Positions 45,126-56,291 of a stretch of DNA of 64,000 nt are shown here, piece by piece. Position 1 is the first letter of the stretch; the number at the start of each line of letters is the position of its first letter. Position numbers and translations under genes: made by a program. The notes under the pieces are model-generated. The model worked only from the letters and a program-made list of their open reading frames with translations. It did not search any database and was not told the origin of the DNA. The stretch is from Amoebophrya sp. A120 (lineage: Eukaryota; Protista; Dinoflagellata), in assembly GCA_905178155.1 (NCBI GenBank), contig CAJINV010000014.1, positions 1,040,393-1,104,392 of the forward strand, in the 5' to 3' direction.

Positions 45126-47468
45126 GTGGTGCCGCCCGATGCGGTTGCGAGACAAGCAGATAGAACAAGAAGAGATTTTGTGTTCTTCTTGATCTTCGTG
45201 ACCCCCGTGTTCTGTGAGCCGCAGGACACGCCACAGGATCAACTTTCGAGGTTCCCCCTGGAGGATCAAGAACGGATGCTAGCAGATAGGATTTTGCTAC
45301 AGTTCCCTGGGTGGCCGTCTCTGCACCTGCAGCAAAAAAAGCATACGGACTTGACCTCAAACATGAAGATCTCGGGATTTCAATTTCCATTTCGGAGAAT
45401 GATCAAGAGAGGAGCGTCGAGGGAGTTGACGTTCCAGGTCTACACATGGCTCACGAACCGCACCCACGCCATATGTGTAGACGGCCAGATTGTGCGACGG
45501 TGGTCGCCCCAGGTGGGTATGGGGCAGGGCCCCAGGATCCCACCCCTGCTGTGGTGCATTTTCTTGGGAGAGCCAATCGAAAAATTGGACCCGAGAGTAA
45601 TCACCTTCCGGCCCGAAGTTTTCGCGGACGACGTCCTTTTGTTGTTCTCCTTCCCCGCCGGGGAGTTCACAGCGAAGAAAGCAGAGGCAGAGGCGTACTT
45701 GCTCAAGTGGCAAGCGGAAACCGGGCTGGTCTTCGGGAAGGTCGGCTGGCTCAAAGCCACCAGCGGATCTACATCGGAGAGCGAGATGATGGAGTATCTC
45801 GGCTTCCTGCTCCAGTCCTGCGGCAAAACGCTGAAGGAACTGGAGAAGAGGCAGGTGCGGATCGCATCCGCGGCGAAGAAGCGGGACGCGGTCGAGAACA
45901 GCGCACGGACCCCGAGCGAGGACATCCAGTACTGGAACGAGAAGTGCCGGTCGCAATTGAGCTACGCAGCGGCGGCGCTGTTCCTTGGGGTCCAGGACAA
46001 CGCCAAGGCGCTGGAGGACTTCAGGGGTGTTGTCGCAAGGGCGCTGAGGTCGGTACTGGGGCTATCAAACACATTTCCGTTTGCAGCGGCGTTCCGTTTG
46101 ATCGGGATGGCGGACCCCGTGGAGATTTTGAAGGTCGAGCAAGAAGCCATGGAATTTTATCTCCAGGGCAGTTTCGGAGAATTCAAGGTTTCACGGGGTG
46201 AGATCTACGCTCTACCGGAATGGTACGATGAAGAGCGGATTGAGGTGGTGGACGCGGCCCAAGCCTACAAGGACTTCGGGTTGCAGCACGGACAAGAGGA
46301 GAAGCTTGCAGAAGAAATGAGCAAGAAGTTCGACGCCGGTAACTGCCCGCAAAACACTCTGCGGGCAAGCACAGACGGTGGAAAAGGGCCGGAAGGTGCT
46401 GCCCGGGAGACGCCGGACCACTTGATGCGGGCCTGCTGCTACATTGAGACGGACCAGGGTGGGGCTGCTAAGGTCTGGATGGTCTGGTCGGAATTGCTCG
46501 GCTACGACGCGGAGGTAATAGCGCTGACACAACTGCTAAAATGGCTGCTGGATGAGACCAGGAGCAGCCACACAACCATCCAGATATTCATAGACAACAG
46601 CATGGTCCTGCAGTCCCTCAATAACCCCAAGAGCCGGGAGGAGGCGATGAAGAGGCTCCGGGAGCTGATCAACGACCTCCTGAAACAATTCCCAACCGTC
46701 AGCATCCTCATACATTGGGCGCCAGCACACCGCCGGTTCCGCCTCAACTGCATTGCGGACCTACTGTGTAAGCAGATGAACGGGTGTGAAGCGGAGCTGC
46801 CAGAAGTGCAGCCGATCAGTAAGATGCGCCTCAAGTACCTTGTCAAGGAGGAGAGGAGGGCAAACCTGCAAAACCATGTAGGAGGACCAGTGGAAGAGAA
46901 GACCACGCTTTGCAGAGGGCAAAGAATAAAAGCACTGGGAAGAGTGCCGCTGGCGGGGCTCTCACCAGCACAGGAACGGGCGGCGATGTCCCTATGGACG
47001 GGAGAATCGTACTTGCCGAAATCCCTAGTCACGATCAATAACCGGGGATGGCCCTCCTGCCGGAAGTGCGGGCAGGAACTGAGGGTAAAGAAGCAGGATG
47101 CGGCAGGGACATGGGTGAAAGGTTTCCGCACGGGGGAGGAGGAAGACGTGAGGGGTTTCTGTAGGATAGTCGACCACCTCCTCATGGAGTGCGAGACAGT
47201 ACAAGATGCCGCAGAGTTCAAGGGGCAAGATGTGGTGATGATGATAAAAAAGGGACCAAGAAAGCAGCTGAACAGACTGCTGCATGCAGCGGGACAAACT
47301 GGGGAAGCGATACCGGGGGACCACTCCTGGCCGTACTGGCCACGGACGGAGAAGCCAAGTCAGGAGGTGGAGAAGAGAAGCATGCCAGCAGCCTGGGTGG
47401 AAACAGCGAGAAACGCCATCAAGAAACGAAGATTATCACAAGAACCAGCGGACGGGGAGGGGCAGTAG
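45126..47468 (+). mobile_element. 5'-truncated non-LTR retrotransposon ORF: C-terminal half of RT, RNase H and CCHC-like finger
   Basis: RT motifs GMGQG..IPPLLW, FADD (45621-45632), EYLG; RNase H motifs STDGG, DAEVIAL, IFIDN, HWAPAH..NCIADLLCK; CRKC...HLLMEC. No endonuclease or N-terminal RT motifs; recognisable similarity begins near 45390. Confidence 0.88.
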
Positions 47469-47549
47469 GGCTCGCCTGCAGCTCGCGCGTTTTCTCCTTC
47501 CTTTTCTAGGCATCGCGGAAAGTATCTTCAAACTCCTGGAACGGGCGGT

Positions 47550-48530
47550 AACTTCATTTTCCTGGATCTTTACTAGAGGGAAAAAGTGAGCTTACTACCT
47601 AGCTCTAGGTACAGGTAGGTAGCAAATTTCTGGATCTTTGTAGAGGAAATACAGCAGCAGCAACAAGATCCGGGGTTTGTTTGTGTCCATCTCAAATGAA
47701 CAAATTTTTGTTTTTGCTAAGATCTTACTTTCACCTATCGACGTCGCAGGAGTAGCATCAAGATCCGGAAATAGTTTTTGTGTCCACCACTTTGTACATT
47801 TTACTTTGCAAAGCACATTCATGTACCAATGCTGTTGAGCACTCAAATGCTGCTCTCACCTGGATCTTTGCCGAGAAACAAGTGTGACAAGATCCGGAAA
47901 TTGACTTTTCTCTTCTCTTCTGGACAAGTTATAGAAAAGCAAGCGTGTGCGATTGCATTTAGCACGGTATGCGTTGAAAATGTTAGACGAAGTTCCTCCC
48001 AGTTTACGCCTATAAATTGTAGATTTCCCTTCACGATCAAGGTAATTTTTGTTGCTTTCTCTTGTTTTTCCACCTTTTCACACAACTTTAAAGCACCAAG
48101 TCGATGGATTCTAGGCGTAAGCGGTCAGCATTGCACGAGAAGATCAAGAGGGTGCGCTTTTGCTTTTAGCACGGTACTCGTTGAAAATGTAGTCTATCTA
48201 CAAGACCCGGAAGACCGACTTTGGGCACGGGTTGTTGCTCCATTTTTCTGGAACTTTGCAAGAGGTAAAAAGAGACCCTACTACCTAGCCATAGGAGCAG
48301 GAAGGTAGCACTTTTCTGGATCATTGAAGAAGATCTACTACAGCAGCACCAAGATCCGGAATTTGTTTGAGTCAGCCACAATGTTATTTTTCTTCCCTCT
48401 TAGATCTTTCACGTATCTATTTTTCAGCAGCAGCAACAAGATCCGGAAATTGCTTTCGTCTTTCACTTTGTACATTTTTCTTTGACATAATTACTCCTGT
48501 ACCTATTCTGTTGCACACACACTACCAAGG
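47550..48530. repeat. diverged ~300-bp duplicate pair rich in (t/c)ctggatc / aagatccgga motifs
   Basis: 47555-47850 resembles 48241-48530; about ten copies of the motif in both orientations. Confidence 0.65.
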
Positions 48531-48797
48531 AAAAAACAAACAACGACCTACAAGAACGAAAAGCTTGAAGAAGAGAAGTTTTGAAGCGCGACCAGTAGCG
48601 CTTTTGAAGGTTTCTGCATGGTCGCGCCCTGTTTTCTGGCCACTAGTCGTGTATTTGTCTCGTTTTCGACAACGAACTTCCAAGACTGATAGTGTACAAC
48701 GAGCAAGAACAGGAGTAGAGCAGACACACCAGGTGGAGACACGCGCCCACCAGCGCAGGTGGGGCAGTAGAGGACTCGTACAGCGAGGCGAGTAATG

Positions 48798-48945
48798 TAA
48801 AAAAAAAAAATCAAGACCGCAAAAAAAAAAGAGAAAAAAAAGGAAAAGAAAGTAAAGCGATCTACAAAAAGAAAACCTGAGAAAAAAAAAACAGAACAGC
48901 GCGCGAACTCAGGACGTAAAGACACAGCGGAGAAAAAAAAACAAC
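48798..48945. repeat. A-rich low-complexity tract
   Basis: Multiple A8-A12 runs. Confidence 0.8.
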
Positions 48946-49026
48946 CAAAGCGCATGAGATAGCAACATAAAAGCGGCAACATCAATAAGAAATAAGACTA
49001 GAAAGCTCCCTGTGCAGGTTGATCAA

Positions 49027-49370
49027 ACAAAGCGCGATAAAACTTCGGTTAAGCACGGCGTTTGGAGGATTTCGCATACCTGCGAAGCGCTTGCGCTTTG
49101 CGGTCAGGCTCCGGCCAGTTGTCTTGTATTCCAGTCCGACACCTGGCAGCCACCGGAGGCGAAGGGGCTGCCGGGTGGTTGAGTCGGGGGTTAGGTCTCG
49201 TGCCATGGATGAGGAGGTAATGGCGCTTGATCTTGAATGCCAGCGGCAAGAGGAGACGTCAACGGCAAACTCCCCCCTGGTGGCCGGGCACTGCTAAAGC
49301 GGGCGGTGAAACGTCACTGGGGGTGTAGGAGTGGTTCTTACCACTACTACAGAATCATTTACCACTGAGC
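49027..49370 (+). ncRNA. candidate structured RNA (unidentified)
   Basis: Stems caaagcgc/gcgctttg, aac(ttcg)gtt, ttcgca/tgcgaa, ccgac/gtcgg enclosing acctggcagcc/ggctgccgggt, ggcg/cgtc, agtggt/accact; G-U pairs favour the + strand. Confidence 0.4.
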
Positions 49371-49668
49371 ATTACACTACAGTATGTGAGAGGCTTTACC
49401 GCTCACCTTGAGAAGCGCGCGCGTCATTCAATTTCCATTTCGGATCGGGTGCCCTCGTCTGAGGCGGGCGTGCTTTTTCTGTCTGTGGCAGGCAAAAAAA
49501 AACCTGGCAGTTGCTGGTTTGTACAAGAGTTTAGAGAAGGTCAACACACAGAAGAAGAAAAAGAAGATGAACTCGTGCAGATAGTAGATTTCCATTAACA
49601 ATGTCTTCTTAACACCGGCAAGAAAGGCAAACACAAAGATTTACAACCCTTCACGGTGAGCTGCCAAC

Positions 49669-52063
49669 ATGAATATCCAAACCAAAGGTCACACTCGCAA
49701 CTTCACAAGAACATCATGGCGCAAGAGCAGATATGTTCCAAGCGTGTGCTCACTGTTGCACACTGCATTCATGGTATTTTGTCGTCCTCGTGTAGCTCAC
49801 TCGCGGTTCTGTGTGTCGTGCGCTCTCGCGTTGCTTGTCACGGACCATCTACCGGAGGGTTTTGTAGTTGCACTATCTCCCGAAACTGCGCAAGTACGAG
49901 GGCACGAGGGGGCCCGGACTCATACCGAGGTTGGAGACGACAATAATATCAGCGGCGAAGACGAAGACCACAAGACCCAGTATGATGGCGACGAGCCTGC
50001 TGCCCCTATAACGGCCCCGTCATCTTCACCTTCTGCCGGCACTCCCGCGCCCTTCGATACGCGACACGGGGCGATTCGGGCCTGGCGCGACCGGGAGCTG
50101 CGGGCGCTGCTACGTAGGTCTGACAGGAATAAAGCGACTCGCGCCAATGCGGAGCAGGCTAGCGGTACTGTTAAAGCAGCCGGGGTTGTAGACGTAGAGC
50201 AAGGAGATCAAGATCACCTGCGAGAGGAGGCGGGGAACCACGACGACATCGAAATGGAGCAAAGCGCGAGCGGTGCTCCTGCGGATGCGTCTCTACAACC
50301 TCACTTGGCGGCGTCGGAGCCGGAGCTGTTGCTTCAAAATATCATCAACACCTTCCCGGGTCCGGACACGTGCGAGCCGCAGACGTTCTCGTTTCTCATC
50401 CAGGACTATGACCTGAATCCCTTTTCCTACGACTACTCCTGCGTCGTCGCCGAGACCTACGCTCTATGAGAGTGAAGAACAGGTTGCGCTGCTCCCCCTG
50501 CTCCGCATTTGCTACGCAAAGTGTCAATTTGTCCTATCCTATGCCTATCTCTGCCTTGTGACAGTATTGTTAGTTTGTACTACCGTCTGCAAAAGTCTCA
50601 ATGCCCTTAAAATTTTGAGTTGGTGGGGGAGAGGTTGTCTACTTCCATATACACTGGTGGAGACGTGTCTGGCGATGTGCTGTATGCATTGCAAATATAA
50701 TGTCTCAGCTGCCGCTACGAGAAGTCGAACTGAAGGATAATAAAGATCTGTGATCCAACGGACCACAGATTCGTCAGGAAGATTGTGATCCAACGGACCT
50801 TCAGCAGGAGGAGCGACTTTTTTGCCATGTAGTGGAGGCGGGGTAGTTGTCATGGAAATGGGATGAAGTAGGAATACGGATGAATTCGACTCAAACAACC
50901 GAGCAAAGAAACTTACCATGCTTGTTTCATGCCGTGATCGTGAAAAAAAGCACAGAATACCTAATGCGAGACTTCTCAGCAAGAGGACAAATCGTGTAAG
51001 TACGTATCGTGTGTACGTATCCAGGCCCCCCCGACATGCTATTTGCACTTCATACGCTACTTTTTCAATGCCGTGGTGGCGCACGACTATTACCAGTGTG
51101 TGAGCGACGTGAAAGCCGAGCACCAGGAGAGGCTTGGCACGCCGCTGGACGTGATCAATAACTGGAGCAGCACGGAAAAGCAGCGGCACTACCAGGCTTG
51201 TTCGTCCGAGATGTTTCTCGATAAGTACGTGAAACAGCAGCGTTCGCCGGTGGTGCGCGGCGAGCACGGCCTGCCCCCGGCGTTTTCCAAATTGGTCAAG
51301 GACATCGACAGCCGCTGCCTGAAAAAAGTGCACTTCGACCTGGACACTGCGGTGGTGGAGTGGACCCGGCAGATCCACGCGATCCGGCTCCGGCAGTTGG
51401 GGTCCGCGCGGGCGCTGGAAGTCGACAAAAACCAGGGCAAGGTTGTCCAGTCGCTGCCCCTGCATCCGACGCACGCCTCGAAGTTCTGGATGATGAGCCT
51501 GAGCTACGCCTGGATGGTGCTCATCGAGCTGTACCACCTCAGTCGCCACAAGGCTACGCATCGTGATAGACGTGGTGCCTACTTCGTCAGGCGTGGCAGG
51601 GAGAAAGCGGTGGTGTATTTTGAACGTCGGTAGAAGATAAAGACTACAAGATGTGCTGTCGCGGCCGAGGAGCAAGGGAACTCTTCTTGTTTTTTTGAAG
51701 AAGCTTGTGCTAAATTGTTTTTTTGAAGACTCAGCTTGAAAAGGCCGATTTTTTTCATGTCTATCGAACCATGCGGCGCCGCTCGTCGGCTTCGCTAAGT
51801 TGCAATTCCTGAGCAAGAGGGAGCATGTGAGAAAAGAAAGTTGTGCATTTCCGCTTTCTTCCTTGGCGCTGACGATTAAAGGCCTTTTTTCCCCCTCCAC
51901 AAAGGCGGTCAACACGCAGTTTGATCTTTCGCAGAACTTCCGCCTCGAGCGCAAGGCCACCGACTTTTACAAGCGGAAGTTCGCCGTGTGTGAGCTATTG
52001 CGGGACGTCGTGGCGCAAAGACTTCGGCGCAGGCGCAAAAGTTGGAAAATGGAAAATATATAA
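49669..52063 (+). CDS. unknown protein (~490 aa), 4 exons including a 28-bp micro-exon; start uncertain
   Basis: Removing 190, 377 and 352 nt joins ORF 49669, exon 50655-50682 (LVETCLAM), ORF 51043 and ORF 51800 in frame. Confidence 0.65.
50465..50649. mobile_element. old degenerate introner-type intron
   Basis: tatg...cata ends; repeat only 2/5 (cgctc/tacac); element + 5 restores the frame. Confidence 0.5.
50683..51054. mobile_element. degenerate introner-type intron
   Basis: tatgcattgcaaatataatgtc ... gacatgctatttgcacttcata; repeat tgctg/cgcta; contains tgtgatccaacggacc twice. Confidence 0.65.
51555..51901. mobile_element. old degenerate introner-type intron
   Basis: Ends tacg...caca with no clear TIR; perfect repeat aaggc; frame restored. 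Confidence 0.55.
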
Positions 52064-52363
52064 AGCTTAAACGATGTTTTTCTTCTCCCTTGTACTGGAA
52101 AAGATTAGGTCGGATCGATCTTGCACATTGCACTCCTGTAAATTTCATCGAAGAAGGACCGACAGGGCGGCTTTGGTAAGCCCCGCTTCTAGTGTTGCAG
52201 TTCTTGCATGTTGTCCTATGTGCAGCGTCGAAAAATACTACATTCACATTGACTTCTTCTGATGCGATGCTATTATTTTTAGTACCACCTCCAGTACTGG
52301 TGCCCAGTCATGATACGTTTTTTTCATCTTTTTCCCTTGCATATCACAAAAACAGCGGTCGAG

Positions 52364-55300
52364 ATGAACGCACCCGGACTTGTTGCAATAAAACCACGTA
52401 GATCATCATCCGCGGAAGTAGTCGACGAGGGCCAGGTTGGAGAGCTTGAAAACCGAGAAAAGACGAGCGACCAGAAATGCGCTTCGAGTGGTAAGAACAC
52501 GAAGAACGTCTGTCGTCGGTTCGGAGATCACGAAGTAGACCACCACGTCGACCACCGCTACGACACCTACGGGAAGAAAAAGCGACGGCGATTTATTGCG
52601 CATCTTCAAAGCGACGGAGAGCAAGAAGAGGGCAAACGTGAGGTGGACCCGCTGGGTTCTATCGTCCCAGGAGGAATAAAGATGAAGAAGAATTCCTCGT
52701 CGTCTCCCGTGAGGTCATCGTCTGTGTATGGCATGACGCGCGCGCGGCGGTGGAGCCCCGGAGGGGATGGAAGTACCTTTTCTACGCCGTCTTCGACTAC
52801 CTCTCATCGGAACAAACAGACAAGGAACGAAAGCCCCACAGGTTCTACTGGCCGAACCAGAAGTACAGATGGCGATGATCATCATAAAGAGGCCCCAGAA
52901 GGAGAAGTGCTGGATGCACCTGGGGTTTTGAGAATCAAAATCGCGGAGATAGGGGTGTTCCACGGCGAGACGAGCTTGCACCAAATTAAACACTGCGCAC
53001 CCTTGCTCGGCGAGGAAGACCATGTAGAAGGTAGTGTAGGTGAAATAACTCCTTCGGCTACTACAAATGATCCTGCGTCAAAGGATGAAGATGCGAAGGG
53101 TCGTTACGACGAAGATGAGTACGATGATCTCTCCACAACCACGGGGGCGGAGACAAAGCCTCAGATAGTTTTGGAGTACCACCTGATCGATCCTTGGCGG
53201 GACCGGGAGCTCGAGTTTGAATCCATGAAGGCTTTTCTGGAGAATATCCTGAGTAAAAACGTCCCCACACCAGAGTCAGGATGGGGATTTTGCAACACAA
53301 ACCTAGGAGTTTTGCGAGTCACGCATGACAAATTGCATTCCGCAGTGTAGTGCTGGTTAGCAAGTGCAGCCGCATCACAGATTCATCTGCTCATCCTGTT
53401 CACAGCATCACAAATTCGAAGACACGACTGGAAATGGCTCTCATGGGGATGCGCATTACAAGTCTTCCTGTCTTTGCAAATCTGCATTACAACTCTGGTT
53501 TGGGTGCGTTTTTATTCAGGATAGAGAACGAAAACCCGGAATACCTCCAGGACCTCTTGCAGGAGCAGGGGGTAGGGCGCGAGAACATGTTCACAGGAGA
53601 AATTTATCCCTCCTGGGAGGAGAAGCTTGTCGAGGCTTTTTTGGCAAGATCTGAGGCGGGAAACCGAAACAACAGCTACAAAAGGGGGAGGAAAACCAGA
53701 AAGACGGGCGAGAATGATCGTCGTCCTTCGGATGGGGACAGTACTACCGAGATTGGCGGACCTGATGAAATGGGCGAAAAGCTAGATAGCTTTACCGTTC
53801 CAGAGGAACATCAACCATCAGCACAACAAGTAGAAGACGCCCAAGATGACCTGGACGATACGCGCGTGGCGTACGAGGTCGCGGGAAACGAACGGAAAAT
53901 GATCACGAAGCTATCCTGTGTGACATATGGATTTCCTGTCATCCAAAAATCCATTTTCTCTGCCATGAAGGTTGCTTGTAGTACCGACCGCACTTCAGCT
54001 TTTGTTGGGGCGTGTAAGCCGCCCGGTGACGAAGAGTTGGTATATCTAGTACGTTTAAGCTGCAGGTTAGAATTATTTCAGGTGGGCGTGGGCAGCACAA
54101 CTCTGAGTCTGGGTGGTGGTGCGTTATTGGACAACTCATGGGCAAAGGGCATGCTATCCCAATTGTAACACATGATAAACTCCCCTTTCGATCGAGACTT
54201 CGGGCGACTGGAAAACCAACAATCCCCGGATGCCGGTATCACACAGAAAAAAGTACTACTGGAACGACCTTGCCGCATAGTATCTTTCTTCGTTCTTCAC
54301 AGACCCGATTCAATCAAAGCCAAACCGATGTCATATCAGCATCGAAGGAACAAAGTTTATGCCAGACAGAGTCCGCAGGCCTCTTTCAGTTTCCCAATAA
54401 GCACGTAAAGCAGATCATACTGCTGCCTTTAATAGTGCACTGTAACAAGAAGTGCGCAATTTCTTTCTGTGTGATAGCCGAAGACGTTCGAGAACGAAAA
54501 CGTTTTCAAGTGGAAGAATGTGGAGCGAAACAAGAAAATTACGGGGAAGCTTGTTCTGAAGAAGTTGATCAATGAACTGCTTCTGGAGCCAAACGTGGAC
54601 GAATTGGTGCTGGTGGATGACTATTTCCCAGGAGCTGATCAGGGCGACGCAATTCAACACGAGGCGAACCGCGCAGATGAGCACCAGGTCATGAATGGTG
54701 GGCCTGGTCGTACTGATAATTTAGCAAATCCAAATTCTGCTAGAGGAAGTACCCGAATGAATACTTCCTCGTCCGGGGGGACTGCACCACAACGAAGAGC
54801 AAAGAAAGTGTCTCTCTCAACAACAATGTCCTCTAATTTGACTTTGAAAGGGAAGGAGGCTGATTTTGATGCGGATCTTCGCGTCAAGGTTTTTCTCCAC
54901 CGGACCTCTTCGTTGGTCGCGAGCGAGCAGTTCTTTTCCGGCAAGGTCGTCGGACGAGAGGGACCGCGTGACCACGATCTTTTCTACCATGAGGAAAAAT
55001 CCCCCCTCCCCTTATCGAAGACGAAATTCGTCATGCTGTATTTGAGTACACAAGTCGACTTGTTTTGCTAGAAGGCCAAGAGACGCAGCCGTGGCCTCGT
55101 TTGCGGGCAATTTGTCATGCTGTTTCGCCCTTCCAGCTGCCTCCTCTCATGCTGAAGATTTCCCCCTTACAGTCCGCATCTTTTCCCTTCTAGCATGACA
55201 AAATGACTTGTGTACACAAATCCCGCATCACAGACTTCCATTTTGATATGGGGAGGGGGGATGTTTCATTTTGATACTTTCGACCTCGTCTTCATCGACG

Positions 55301-56291
55301 GCGACCACACGCTGCCGGGGATCATATCCGATTTGGAGCAGTACGCGAGCAAAGTGCGACCGGAAACCGGCGTGCTCGCGGGCCACGATTTCGCCGCCTC
55401 GTATCAAGTGCAAAAGTGTCTGGGTCTGGAAGAGTGCATGTTTGTCATGCTTGTCCGGCATGACTCTTAAATCTGTCATGCACGTTACCGAAGAGCCCCA
55501 TTTATTTTTCTGTCTTGCAAAAACGCAGTTTGTAATGCAGAATAGGCAACACTTAGAAGCTCAGAAACTTGTCATGCTGATCCAGCACTTGTTGCTTCCT
55601 CATGATACGCCACCCAGCATCACAAGTTTCCAGACCCAGACAGTTTTGCATTTGATACCTCGCGGTTTCCCGCCATTCCCGTGGCCTTGAGCTACTTTGT
55701 CGTTCCACCATCTGTATCAAATGCAAAAATGTCTGGGTCTGGAAGAATACAAACTTGTGATGCGCATCTCAGAACACAGAAAAATCTCTCATGCATAGGA
55801 AGCAAAAGCTGCCCACTTTCTCTCACCAAAATGGGGGATTTGTCATGCGGATTCGGCATTGCGGAAGCTTCTCGAAACCTGTGATGCTAAAGCTTCCATG
55901 CCAGACCTTTTGTGTCATGCAAAAACAGCATGACTCTTCCAGACCCAGACATTTTTACAATCCATAATCTGCGAGGCGGGGTTGGTCGGTGGAGGATGGA
56001 ACACATCGTCGTGATCTCCAGCAGGAAGCTGCTGCTAGTAGCGCTTCTGTTCTTGTTGGCACTGCAACAATACCATTTGGACAGGAGAAAGAGCAGGAGA
56101 AAAGAAGAAGTGAACCTGCGGGCGGCAGCACGTCGGCCGCGAAGATCGATTCTCTCTTTGAAATAGATGAAGAAGTGACGAGTATCATTCCAGACCCACG
56201 GCTGACGGATTTGCACGCCAGAGTGGGATACTTGTTTGAGCCCGAAATCCACCTGGACACCGACTACGTGTGGTGGGTGAAGAGGAAGTAG
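52364..56291 (+). CDS. class I SAM-dependent methyltransferase (Methyltransf_24-like), ~770 aa, 7 exons
   Basis: Six removals (284, 271, 245, 297, 261, 257 nt) give 2313 nt; ordered motifs IAEIGVFHGETS, LIDPW, FDLVFIDGDH, GVLAGHDF and C-terminal DYVWWVK. Confidence 0.82.
53245..53523. mobile_element. introner, family B (inverted relative to 17168-17446)
   Basis: tatcctgagtaaaaacgtccccac ... gcgtttttattcaggata; repeat gagaa. Confidence 0.92.
53912..54177. mobile_element. degenerate introner
   Basis: tatcctgtgtgaca / tgtaacacatgata; repeat 2/5 (gaagc/aactc); frame restored. Confidence 0.7.
54237..54476. mobile_element. introner (singleton)
   Basis: tatcacacagaaa / tttctgtgtgata; repeat gccgg/gccga. 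Confidence 0.85.
54985..55276. mobile_element. introner, family C (inverted relative to 12440-12761)
   Basis: taccatgaggaaaaatcccccctcccc ... ggggaggggggatgtttcattttgata; repeat ttttc/ctttc. Confidence 0.88.
55402..55657. mobile_element. introner, family A
   Basis: Family A TIRs; repeat cctcg. Confidence 0.92.
55715..55966. mobile_element. introner, family A
   Basis: Family A TIRs; repeat atctg. Confidence 0.92.

Noticed and set aside
50465-51054. A single 590-bp intron bounded by tacgct repeats
   Set aside because: Removing 595 nt shifts the frame; two introns with a micro-exon fit.
50545-51960. 471-aa minus-strand ORF and other long antisense ORFs (e.g. 10509-11540, 13599-14462, 22748-23671)
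   Set aside because: Shadows of GC3-rich + strand exons; no recognisable motifs.
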